The position numbers and the translations under genes are program-made. From NCBI GenBank assembly GCA_965112735.1, contig OZ218951.1:3162001-3226000 (forward strand): a stretch of 64,000 bases of DNA, read 5' to 3'. This DNA is from Phaeosaccion multiseriatum. Lineage: Eukaryota; Protista; Ochrophyta, other classes. This document shows positions 1-11,032 of the stretch, piece by piece; positions within the stretch are counted from its first letter, which is position 1, and every line of letters begins with the position of its first letter. The notes under the pieces are model-generated. The model worked only from the letters and a program-made list of their open reading frames with translations, was not told the origin of the DNA and searched no databases.

Positions 1-310
1 GCCTTCTCCTCGCCCAGCCTTACACAAGGCCAAGAGCTTCCCGCTATTGCCTTCCCCTCGCAATTTGCACAAGATCACCCTCCCTGTGCGTCGGGTCGGC
101 TTGATGGACCGTCTACACTCCTCCTCCTCCTCCTCCTCCTCCTCCTCCTCCTCCTCCTCCTCCTCCTCCTCCTCCTCCTCATCTCTCCCCGCTTTGCTCC
201 TTCCCATAGGAACGACACGTGGTGCCTCTCTCCAGGCGTGCTCATGAGGCCCTTGAAGCAGCAAACATGTCCTCGAAGCATCGCTCGCGCTGTCTACTCT
301 CCCTCCTGTC

Positions 311-590
311 GTCGGCTCCAGGCGAGGTTTCTCGGGCTTTAGGCTTCTGGGCCGTAGCCCCCTCCAGGCTTCGGGCTTCTGGCCGCAGGCCAGCGTAGGC
401 TTCTGGCCGCAGGCCAGTGGTCAGGCTTCAGGCTTCTCAGGCTGGGAGAAAAATGGGGGACTTGGCAGGCTTTTCGCTACTTTCTGCAGGCTTCTGGCCG
501 CAGGCCAGCCGCAGGCTTCTTACTTTCGGCCGCAGGCCGCCGCGGGCTTCTGCTTTATCGGGGGCCCGAGAAACCTCGCCTGGAGCCGAC
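311..590. mobile_element. MITE-like non-autonomous element with 27-bp perfect terminal inverted repeats
   Basis: 311-337 GTCGGCTCCAGGCGAGGTTTCTCGGGC is the exact reverse complement of 564-590. TGTC flanks both sides (307-310, 591-594). The interior consists of GGCTTCTGGCCGCAGGCC subrepeats. Confidence 0.75.
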
Positions 591-605
591 TGTCGTCTTC
601 CCCTC

Positions 606-2144
606 TCAGCTCATTTCCTCCGCCATGCTCTCCCACGTCTCGCTCCCGACACTCCAGGGCCTCTCCAGCGGCGGCATCCCCCTCTCCCTCTCGAAGGTCG
701 GGTCAGTCCTTCGCATCAGGTCCAACGCGCTTTGGGATCGGAAGAAGTCTGCTGCCGTATCTCTGAGGTGGTGCTCCATCTCGGGGCCCACTCCATTCCG
801 CCATGCCGCAGCCAAGGCCTTGTCCACCGAGGCATCGGCCGACAGGAGCTGCCGCGTAGTGCCGTGCTGATTGAAGAAGACGGCGAGAAACAGTGGGGTG
901 GCGCCGTCCGATGTCTGAGCGTCTATCGGGGATCCGGCAGAGATGAGACGAGCGACGACAGCTTCCTGCCCCATACGCACAGCAAGGTGGAGAGGTGTCG
1001 TGTTTTTCTCAATGGTCTCTGCCTCAACCTTTGCTCCCGCAGAGAGAAGTCGCTCCACCACGGCGTCGTGGCCTTCCTGAGCGGCCGCGTGAAGAGCAGT
1101 GAAGCCCTGGAGGTTGGAGGCGGAGACGTCCGCCCGTGCAGCCAAAAGTATCTTCACCACGGCGTCGTGGCCATCCCGAGCGGCCTGGTGCAGAGCAGTG
1201 GTGCCCTGGAGGTCAGAGGCGAATACGTCCGCCCGTGCAGCCAAAAGTATCTTCACCACGGCGTCGTGGCCTTCCTGAGCGGCCATGTGCAGAGCAGTGA
1301 GGCCCTGGAGGTCAGAGGCGAAGACGTCCGCCCGTGCCGCCAAAAGTATCTTCACTACCGCCAAGCTTCCTCCAAGCGCGGCCATGATGAGAGGAGTAAA
1401 GCCGCCGTTGCCCCTGGCCTCCACGTTGGCATGCTCATCGAGAAGCTGCTGCACGACGGACGCATGCCCGCACTGCGAGGCTGCACACAGTGGAGTGTGG
1501 CTGCGTTTATCAGCCCTGTCGATGTTGGCGTTGGCCCTGATGAGCCGATGCACTACTCTCCCATGCCCGCGTAGGGACGCCATGAAGAGTGGAGTCCTTC
1601 CGGTGTTGTCTGTTTTGTTCACCTCCGCGTTCACTGCAATGAGCTGCTCTACGATGGAGGTGTGCCCATTTTGAGAAGCCACCCAGATCGAAGTATTTCC
1701 CGCATTGCTAGCAGCATTGACACCGGCCCCGGCCAGAAGGAGCTGCTGCACAGTATTGAAGTGCCCTTTTTCGGCAGCCACAATCAAAGGCGTCACTCCA
1801 TCGAGATCGACCTCGTCTACACGGGCCCCGACATCCAGCAGCCGCCTCGCCACCTCGTCGTGCCCCGCCTGGCATGCCTCTATCAATGGCGTGGTCCCGT
1901 CCCGCCCTCCCCTGGTGCTGAAGGAGCCCCCCTCCTTGAGCAGAAGGTCAACGACATCCAGCCGACCGAAAATCGCAGCCCATATCATAGCCGTATATCC
2001 GTCTTCGTCGACAGGCTTCTCCAAGATCGCTTTGCCGTGCGTGGCGACGAGCTTCCTAACCAGCGCTCTCACAGTGGAGAGGCTTTCCATTCCAACCATG
2101 GCCTGATAGAGTCGTTGCATCTTGCTTGCCCATGCGTGCAGCAT
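606..2144 (-). CDS. Ankyrin repeat protein (about 12 ANK repeats) in one long exon; start uncertain (ATG 2144 or 2120, or a small upstream exon at 2390-2364)
   Basis: Repeated G-x-TPL/ALH-x-A...GH motifs (GTTPLIEACQAGH, GRTPLFMASLRGH, GLTALHMAAQEGH); stop at 606-608. Confidence 0.9.
   Translation of the reverse strand: MLHAWASKMQRLYQAMVGMESLSTVRALVRKLVATHGKAILEKPVDEDGYTAMIWAAIFGRLDVVDLLLKEGGSFSTRGGRDGTTPLIEACQAGHDEVARRLLDVGARVDEVDLDGVTPLIVAAEKGHFNTVQQLLLAGAGVNAASNAGNTSIWVASQNGHTSIVEQLIAVNAEVNKTDNTGRTPLFMASLRGHGRVVHRLIRANANIDRADKRSHTPLCAASQCGHASVVQQLLDEHANVEARGNGGFTPLIMAALGGSLAVVKILLAARADVFASDLQGLTALHMAAQEGHDAVVKILLAARADVFASDLQGTTALHQAARDGHDAVVKILLAARADVSASNLQGFTALHAAAQEGHDAVVERLLSAGAKVEAETIEKNTTPLHLAVRMGQEAVVARLISAGSPIDAQTSDGATPLFLAVFFNQHGTTRQLLSADASVDKALAAAWRNGVGPEMEHHLRDTAADFFRSQSALDLMRRTDPTFERERGMPPLERPWSVGSETWESMAEEMS
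1056..1352. repeat. Three near-identical 99-bp tandem units, each encoding one ankyrin repeat
   Basis: CACCACGGCGTCGTGGCC...GCCAAAAGTATCTT repeats at 1056, 1155 and 1254. Confidence 0.9.
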
Positions 2145-3045
2145 TCGGGGGAGAAGGCAGTGAGGGCCACAAGCAAAGGTGGGAAATGAATCGCGCTGAG
2201 TATACACACACATCTTTAAAGCGCTAAACACTCCTCCGACACGTTGTCATTCGCTTACACCGGGCCCGTTCCCGTCCGGCAGACTCATTCCGGCTCGTTA
2301 TCCTCACATTATCCACCTTGCTCCTGCGACGGGTCACCGAGCAAGCCCCTGCTGTGCCTTACCTCAGATGCTCTGGCCGGCTGCGGCATGGTGAGGATAT
2401 TTACCTGTCGTTCCCCAGACTCTATCAGGAGAGGGCGAGAGCGGGGGGAAGAAAATCGGGGGAACCAAGCGCAGGCGATGCCCTTCCCCCTCAAGCGTGT
2501 CACACGAAGAGTGTCAGGGTAGGTCTTCCTTTGATCGAAAGGGGAAAGGAGCAATGGCCCAGGGGGGGAGTCCTTTTCTTCCTTCACCTCAATTCTCACG
2601 CCACAAAGGAAGGAAGGAGGTGTGTTATGTAGGGTGTATGTGTGTATGTGTGCTTGTGTGTGATACATGTGCAAATACTGCTACCCCAAAGAAAGGTGCA
2701 GGGCAGCACGTGTCCAACCGCAATGGATGGCACCCAATGGCACTACCCCCTTCCCCTCTTCCTCGCTCTCTCTCTTATCCTCTCTCACACACAGACCACA
2801 GCACATCTTTCTCTCTCTCTGTGTGCGTTTTTGTGTCCCTCTGTGTCTCGTCCTCTCTCTCCCTCAATCTCTCAGTTCCTCTGTCACTGAGTGTGTATGT
2901 TGCTTCCTCTCTCTACCTCTTTCTCTGTATACCTATTTCTGTCTCTCATCCTAAATCTTGTGCCTCCCCCTTGGTCTCTCACGCTCTCTCTGAGGAGGAG
3001 AGAGACAGAGAGAGGTTGGGAATTGATGGAGAGAAAGAGAGCCAC

Positions 3046-3108
3046 TCAGACCGCCTGGTAGTCTAACGCGCCGCGGCTCCGGATGGTATACAGGAGCGCC
3101 GTCATCTG

Positions 3109-3142
<34 letters not shown>

Positions 3143-6100
3143 AAAGGAGGCAGAGGATGGCAGTGAATGGGTGAGAGAGTCAAAAGGAGGCACAGAATGG
3201 CAGTGGATGGGTGAGGGAGAGTCAAAAGGAGGCAGAGGATGGCAGTGGATGGGTGAGGGAGAGTCAAAAGCAGGCAGAGGATGGCAGTGGATGCGTGAGA
3301 GGGAGAGAGAGTCAAAAAGAGGCAGAACTAACCAACCAACCAACCAAACCAACCAACCAACCAACCAACCAACCAACCAACCAACCAACCACCCATCCAA
3401 CGTACCGATATAACGAGGGCCGCGAAGGCACCAAAATTAAAGTATGTGCCCCATCCGCTGTTCGTGACGCTACTGCTGAGATCAAGACCCGTTGCCTCAA
3501 GTTCCTCATTGCCCTCTTGCTCTTGCTGTTTCTTTCGCTGCTCCTCCTGCTGCCCCCCGGGATAGGCCCCTGGGCGGCTCATCTGCCGGGCCTCTGAGCC
3601 GCCAGGGGTAAGGTCGTTGATGGAGATTCCGCAGAGCTCTTCGAACTTGTAACCGTAATTGGCGACCGTTAGGTCCTGGAGGGGAGGGAGGGAGGGAGGG
3701 AGGGAGGGAGGGTGGGAGGGAGGGAGGGAGGGAGGGGAAGGGAGGGGAGGGAGGGAGGGAGGGAGGGAGGGAGGGGAAGGGGCGGGAGGGAGGGGAGGGA
3801 GGGAGGGGAGGGAGGGAGGGAGGGAGGGAGGGAAGGGAGGGAGGGAAGAGGTTTGAGGGAGGAGGTTTGAGAGAGCGGAATGATACATTAGAGCTCCTGA
3901 CTGAAGGGGATAAGCCAAGGAGGACAGCAGCTCCTTCTCTCCCTCCCTCTGCCCCGCTCTCCCTCACCCCCACCCCTCCTCTCCTCTCCTCCCTTCCCTC
4001 CCTCCCTCCCTCCCTCCCTCCCTCCTCACCTCCAGGTCGGGAAACCAGCCTTTCCTCCATGCGTCAAGGTAGGACCACCTCGGCTCGTCGGCCTTGAAGT
4101 TCCAAAAGTACTGCCCCAGCACAACATGGTCGAACACACTCATTTTCGCTAGAGCAAGGTCGGACATAAACTCGTCCTGCCAGTGTCAAACAGATGGCAG
4201 TGGATGGGGAGGAGGGGATGGCAGTGGAGGGGGCAAGGTTAGGCATGAACTCGTCCTGGGGGATGGCAGGGGATGGCGAGGAGAGGGTTTCGCAGTGGAA
4301 TCCCAGTGGGTTAGGAAGCGACATGGACAGCAGTCGTGGGGGCTCTCGAGGTTCACAAAACTGGAAATCAGAACTGGAAACGACTGAAGCTGAAACTGAA
4401 ACTACCATCACCACGGCAAGTACTAAGTACCTCTTCCTCCCAGGCCTTTCCGGTGGGACATTGACCGTACACAGGACCGCTGTCGCCTCCCGTGCCTCTT
4501 GGGTATTGGTACCCCAAGGAGGGGTCAGGCGTGCTGCCTGGGATGCCTTCCACGTAGGGGGGAGGGCAGTCCTTCATCTGAGGGGCGAGAGGGAGGGAGG
4601 GAGGGAGGGAGGAGGGAGGGAGGAGGGAGGGAGGGGGGAGGGGGGAGGGAGGGAGGAGGGAGGGAGGGAGGGAGGGAGGGAGGGAGGGAGGGAGGGAGGG
4701 AGGGAGGGAGGGAGGGAGGGAGGGAGGGAGGGAGGGAGGGAGGGAGGGAGGGAGGGAGGGAGGGAGGGAGGGAGGGAGGGAGGGAGGGAGGGAGGGAGGG
4801 AGGCAGGGAGGGAGGGAGGGAGGGAGGGAGGGGGGAGGGAGTCATGGAGTCCAGAGTTGGTCCATCTAGTCAGTCAGTGAGCCTGTCAGGCAGTGCTTGA
4901 TGGCAGTCAGTGAGCCTGTCAGTACAGTACAAGGTGTCAGGCAGTAGATCGTATCTGTACAGGACATGGGTGTCCAATACCCTATAACCCTACCTGGCAC
5001 TTGACGAGGGGATATCCCGGCAGGGAGTCCTGAAAGCCGTTGAGCCACATGGCGCAATTGTCAGTAGCGAGGGACCACTCCCCCACAATGACGGGGATCT
5101 TGGCGTTACGGTAGGCAAGCAGGAAGCGCTCGTTGCACGCCCCTTGGATGAAGCTCTCCTGCTCCGAGGGGCCCCACCACGCCTTTTTTGTTTTTCACAG
5201 ATGGTAGTGGATGGGTGGATGGATGGCATTGGATGGCATTGGATGGCAGTGGGTAGCAGTGGGGTGGGTGTTAGTGGGTAGTGAGTGGGTGGCAGTAGGT
5301 TGCAAGTGATGGAAGTGGGTAGCAGTGGATGGTAGTGGATGGTAGAGGATGGTAGAGGATGTTAGATGGCAGTGGGTGGTGGGTGGGTGGCAGTGGATGA
5401 GAGTCGATGACCCTGCCCTTCAACATGGAGCCCCACCACGCCTGTCACACATGGCCGATGGATGGCAGTGCATGGTAGATGGCACAACTACTCAACTACT
5501 TTCGTCTTCGTGGGTAGCTGTCAATCAACGAAGAGCTTTATGTGGATTGCGCTCCTCCTGCCAACCCTTCTTATCCCCTCCTCTCCTCCCTTCTTCCTTC
5601 CTCCCTTCTCCCCTCCCCCACTCCCAAACCCTCCAACCCCCCCCATCTTCCTCCCTCCTCCTCCCTCCTCCTCCCTTCACCTGGTACATGTGTGTGTCCA
5701 AGGCGACGTGTTGGCAGCCGATAAAGTTGGAGGAGAACACGGGATGGAGAGCCGCAAACGCGTCGTGGAACACATACAGCCACTGCGGCTGGTGTTGCTG
5801 GGGGTAGAAGGGGATGGAGAGGGGGTGAGGGTTCAGGTTAAGGTTAAGAAGGGGATGGAGAAGATGGAGATGAGAGGATGGAGAGGAGGGAATGGAGAGG
5901 GGGTCAGGGTTCAGGTTAGGAGCAGCCACCCGGCCTGCTGGGGGCAAAGGAGAGAGGCAGGGGGGGAGGGGGGGGAGGAGGGGATGGGGGGGGGGGGGGG
6001 GGTATGTGTGTGTGTCTCTCTCTGTCCCTCTCGCTCTTTCTCTCTTTCACTCTCTCTCCCTGTCTTTAAAACACTCGATTTGCGTAAGCATCGCCCAAAT

Positions 6101-7501
6101 CGCCCCCAATAAACTATTTGCACGAACTCCGCAAAATGACGCTGGGAGAAGCGCTGTAGCTCTTCGTGTAACTCTTTGAGATGCCTACCGACACATAGTT
6201 TTTACCGCTTTTTCCCTTCCCTACTTGTCAGCATTTCTGCAAGAGCACTCCCCCTTGCCGCCCGACCTCTAAAAATCGGGCAATTTGGGCGATTCTTACG
6301 CAAATCGAGTGTTAAGCATGCAAAGGGGGCTATACCTGCCCATAGTAAACCCACATCCTGCCCATATGCCTGTCCACGTACCCGCATCATCATACTGTAG
6401 GCGAGCCAGTTGAAGAGGGAGAGCGCGTGAGGGGGAGTATCGTTCCAAGGCTGTGGGGGAGGGGCGGCAGGGGTTGGGAGGTGGGAAGGAAGACAGGCAA
6501 AGGAAGGATGGGTGGGAGGGACAAGAGAGAGAGGGGGAGAGGGAAAGGAAAGGAGGGGAGAGGAAGGGAGAGAGAGAGAAACGCGTAAATATGAGTGTGA
6601 GGAGCGCAAAAGGAGAAAGGAGGGACTGACCTCGTTGATTGGGTGACTGACTGACTGACTGACTGACTGGCAGACTGACTGATCGACTGATAGACTGACT
6701 GACTGAATGAATGACTGACTGACTGACTGACTGATTGACTGATAGACTGACTGATTGACTGAGTGAGAGTGAGTGACTGACTAACCTCGTTGAGGCTCTC
6801 GACGCCGAGGATGGCGGGGTGGTTTTTGTAGCGAATCATTATCTCCTTCAGCACCTGGCACGCATATTCATCACGCATCACGGGATAGAGAGAGAGACGG
6901 AGAGAGAGAGAGACGGAGAGAGAGAGAGAGAAAGAGAGAGAAGGAGACGGAGAGAGAGAGAAAGAGAGAGAGGAAGAGAAAGAGAGAGAGAGAATTAGGC
7001 TACTTGTTCAGTGACCTCCACTTTCAATAGTGTCGATCATGTCGACCATATCGAAGTACAATGTCGACATCCTATACGATACGTCGAATATATCATCACC
7101 TGCAGAGAGTGCTTGAAGTGACCAAAGTCGAAGGAGGTGTATCGTTTTGCCTCGAGGGAGAAGTCGCCGAGCCAGTGCGCCGCCCGAGTCTCCCAGTGAG
7201 TGAAGCTGAGGACAGGGGAGGGGTCGGGAGGAAGACGTTCAACCATGAGTAAAGGGGGAGAGAAGGTCAAAGCCTCCAGAGAGAGAACAACAGCGAAGCA
7301 TCATCACGTGCGCGTGCGTGCGTGTTACCGGCCGCACTGCACTGTGCCTTCCGTGGTGCCTTCCGTGGTGCCTTCCGTGGAGTCTCAACTTACGAGTAGT
7401 TGTTGTTCCAGCTTGTTTCCTTCGCCTGTCCGCCATTGTCAAAGCCTGCAGTAGCAGTAGTGGAAGGAGTAGTAGCAGTAGAGTAGTAGTAGAAAAAGGA
7501 G

Positions 7502-7558
<57 letters not shown>

Positions 7559-7652
7559 CAGCAGTAGTAGCAGCAGTAGTAGTAGTAGGGCAGGAATGGG
7601 AGTAGTTGTTGTGGTGGAGTAGCAGCAGTAGTAGTAGCAGTAGTAGTAGTAA

Positions 7653-7688
<36 letters not shown>

Positions 7689-7848
7689 AGGTAGTAGTAG
7701 TAGTAGTAGTAGTAGGGCGGGAATGGGAGTAGTTGTTGTGGTGGAGTAGTGGTTGAGGGGTAGTTAAGTAAGAAGCTTCTTCCAGACTACGCCTAACTGA
7801 GAGAAGCAGTCAGTCAATGGGTGCGTGAGCGCGAGGGGAGTCTGTCTG

Positions 7849-7884
<36 letters not shown>

Positions 7885-7896
7885 GTCTGTCTGTCC

Positions 7897-7927
<31 letters not shown>

Positions 7928-9884
7928 AATCTATCTGTGCATACCATTCTGTCCTCCGGGGGCCGTGTGCACGTCGATTAACACTTGCATCTGAGGCGGG
8001 AGAAGAAGGGGCAGAGGACAAGGAGGGTAAGCAGGAGGAAGAAGAAGGGGAGGAGGAGGAGGAGGAGGAGGCGGAGGAGGAGGAGGAGGAGGAGGAGGAG
8101 GAGGAAGAGGAGGAGGAGGAGGAGGAGGAGGAGGAGGAGGAAGAGGAGGAGGAGGAGGAGGAGGAGGAGGAGGAGGAGGAGGGGGCCTGCGCACTACTCT
8201 CTCTTGATATCTCGATACTCGATATCTCGATACTCGATATCTCGATACTCGATATCTCGATTACTTGATATCTCGATACTACTCACGTTGTACTTGACCG
8301 CAAGCTCGAGCAGCCTGTCGAACTGCTCCAGTGCCCCCTCCGTGCAGCCCACATAGGGCCCCCAGGGCTTGAACATGTAGTCACCCACGGGCACGCGCAG
8401 ATCCGTGATACCTACAGCAGTTGGTGATGCAGGAGCAGCAGCAGAGGTATCAGCATCAGCAGCACAGCAGCAGCAGCAGCAGCAGCATCAGCATCAGCCT
8501 GCCCCTCTTTCCCTCTCCTTCTCTTTCTCTCTCTCTCCCTCTCCCCCCCTGTCTCTCCCGCCCCCTCTCTCTCCGTCTCTCCCTCTCTCTCCCTTGCCTA
8601 CTCACTGGCATCCCATTCTCTCTCTTTCTCTCTCCCACTTCCCCCCCCTCCCTCCTTCTCCCACTCTCTCCCTCTCTCCCCCGCCCCTCTCTCCCACTCC
8701 CCTCCCTCTCTCCCCCGCCCCTCTCTCCTGCTCCCACTCTCTCTGTCTCCCCCCCCCCCCTCCCCCCCCCCTCTCCCCCTCTCTCCCCTGGCTACTCACC
8801 GGCAGCTGCCAGGTCCTTAATGTCTTCCTCCTTGAGCCAAGCGTCCCAATGCAGCCTCAGTTGACGATTGCCCTCCTCAGGACCCTGGGCACAGAGGGAC
8901 GGAGGGAGGGAGAGGGAGGGAGAGCGAGAGAGAGAGAGAGATGGAGGGAGAGAGTGAGAGAGGGAGAGAGGGAGAGAGGTACGAAGGGAAAGAGACAGCG
9001 AAAGAGGGAGAGAGAGTGAGAGAGTGCTACTTCCGTGCATTCTACTCTGCACCAAAAGGTCAGCAAGACAGACATACGCAGCTCTCGCGGCGCCACTCAC
9101 GGACTCATGGTACTCACTCACTCACTTTACTCACTCGCTCACTCACTCACTCACTCACTCACAGATCCACTTTACTCACTCACAGATCCACTTTACTCAC
9201 TCACTCACTCACTCACTCACTCGCTCACTCACACACTCACAGACCCATTTACTCTCTCACTCACTCACTCACTTGCCTACTAACTAACTCACTCACTCAT
9301 TCACTCACTCACCAGTGCCTCGCAAAAGGAGTAGGGGTCCATCCCAATCTGTCCAGTGCCCCACGTGCGCACACGCACACACACACACACAAACCCACAT
9401 ACACACACACACACACACCGCCACGACAGAGAAGAGGCCATTGAGCACATACAGTGCAGAGGAGGGCAGCAGCAGCAGTTGGTGATACAGCAGCAGGAGG
9501 GGACGTTAGGGGGGGGGGGTGGGGTGAGGCGGGGTGGAGTGGTGGGGAGGGGTGAATGCCAGCCTGAGCAGCGTCCGAACGAAGGAAGGAACGAATGAAT
9601 GAATGAATGAAGGAAGGAAGGAAGGAAGGAAGGAAGGAAGGAAGGAAGGAAGGAAGGAAGGAAGGGAGGGAGCGCTCCCACACTGCACTCGCTGCTTTAC
9701 GCTTGCCCCAAAGGAAAGCAAGGGACGCCTCTCCAATGCCATCCACTGCCATCCATGGCCATCCCCATGCGGTGCCTCACCTTCGTAGGGTCCACGCTCT
9801 CCTCGTCTTTGCTCAGGAATTGCATAAAGAGCGTGGGTGTGATCCACGGCTGACCGTCCACAACACGCACACACACACACACAT

Positions 9885-9936
<52 letters not shown>

Positions 9937-10855
9937 CCACACACGGAGAGGCAGAGAGAGAGACAGAGAGAGAGACAGACACAAAGGGGCCATGCGGGGG
10001 CACCAGGCGGCTCTGGTGGTTGAATGTGGGGTGCAAGGTGTGGGGTGTAGGGCGTATCACCAACTGGTGAGGTGCGGGGTGTGGGGGGGACTGCGGACAG
10101 GGGTAGGGCATGCAAGGAAGGGCGGACAGCCACAGCCTGCGGGAGAGAGAGAGAGAGACGGAGGGAGAGATAGAGAGAGGAGAGAAGAAAGAGAGACTCC
10201 CCGGGAAGGTATTGCCGGCATGCTCGTCCGGCGAGGCAAGCAAGCGAGACAGAGAGCAGAGATGGTTTCCCTCTGTCTGCATGGACTCACTCACTCACCT
10301 CTAGCACAAGCCAGCCCCCAATATTGACACCTCGGATGGTGTCACCCCTTGCCATCCTCTCCCTGATGTCCGCACTCTTGGCAGGAGCCTCCACGTCGCA
10401 CGTAAACAACTCCTCGATGCGAGTGGGCCTCAGGTGTGGAGAGCTAAGCCAGTCCTCGTGGTGCGCGTCCATAATCTCGTGTGTGGTCATGAGCAGCCAT
10501 GTCTCCATGTTGTCCTGCCCGTTGATGCCCACAAATTCCGCCAGGTCCTGCATAGGGAGGGAGGGAGGGCGGTCGGGAGGTCGGGCGGTCGGGAGGGAGG
10601 GAGGGAGGGAGGGAATATGCGTGTGTGTGTCCTCAGTCCAGTTCTTTCCCTTGCGAATGCTGCTGAGGAAGTAAGAAAACTGGGGGGGGACTGGCGGGGC
10701 CAGACAAAATCCTCCATATCCGTATCACCCTCCCTCACCTGCAGAGTCATATCATCAGGGTCGACCATCGGCTCCTCCAGCCAGCCCGCGTCGGCTGGCC
10801 GCAGGGAGAGCAGCCCCAGCACGAGAAGGGCGGCGCATCTCTTGCGGCCCATCAT
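3046..10855 (-). CDS. Glycoside hydrolase family 5, exo-beta-1,3-glucanase-like; signal peptide and C-terminal hydrophobic anchor; multi-exon
   Basis: Spliced motifs: IRGVNIGGWLVLE|PWITP, LRVPVGDY, LIDVHTAPGGQN|GFDNGG, acid/base ESLNE|PW (about 6790/6450), DTHMYQ|AW, nucleophile VIVGEWSLATDNC (about 5080), YFWNFK. The N-terminus is MMGRKRCAALLVLGLL; TGA at 3046-3048. Confidence 0.92.
3139..3325. repeat. Intronic minisatellite, about 41-bp unit x4-5, containing GGATGGCAGTGGATG
   Basis: GAGAGTCAAAAGGAGGCAGAGGATGGCAGTGGATGGGTGAGG repeated in tandem. Confidence 0.85.
6071..6312. mobile_element. MITE-like element with 35-bp terminal inverted repeats, inside a GH5 intron
   Basis: 6071-6105 ACACTCGATTTGCGTAAGCATCGCCCAAATCGCCC matches the reverse complement of 6278-6312 with 2 mismatches. 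The interior is lower in GC and has no microsatellite. A third TIR copy lies at 34294-34330. Confidence 0.75.
8207..8280. repeat. 15-bp tandem repeat (GATATCTCGATACTC) x4-5 next to a splice donor
   Basis: Directly visible in the sequence. Confidence 0.85.
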
Positions 10856-11032
10856 GGGGAACACTCAAGCGGCGTGGCAGCAAAAAAAAATGTGTTGCTT
10901 GTTCGTCGGAAAATAAGAAGGTCGGAGCATTGGCGACGATTGGACGTCCAACACTCGAAGAAGCGGCGGGGGGTGGAGGGTGGAGGGTGCCCAGCAGCCC
11001 AAAGAGTAGTATATATAGGTTAGCAGGATACA
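10856..11032. promoter_or_regulatory. Probable bidirectional promoter (GH5 / TTC27)
   Basis: 177 bp between divergent ATGs; TATA-like TATATATA near 11010. Confidence 0.5.

Noticed and set aside
1-300. Possible 3' fragment of a gene at the window start
   Set aside because: An acceptor-like site is present near 209, but no recognisable product can be supported.
417-1574. 385-aa + strand ORF
   Set aside because: It is the antisense shadow of the ankyrin gene, starts inside the MITE and has no protein motif.
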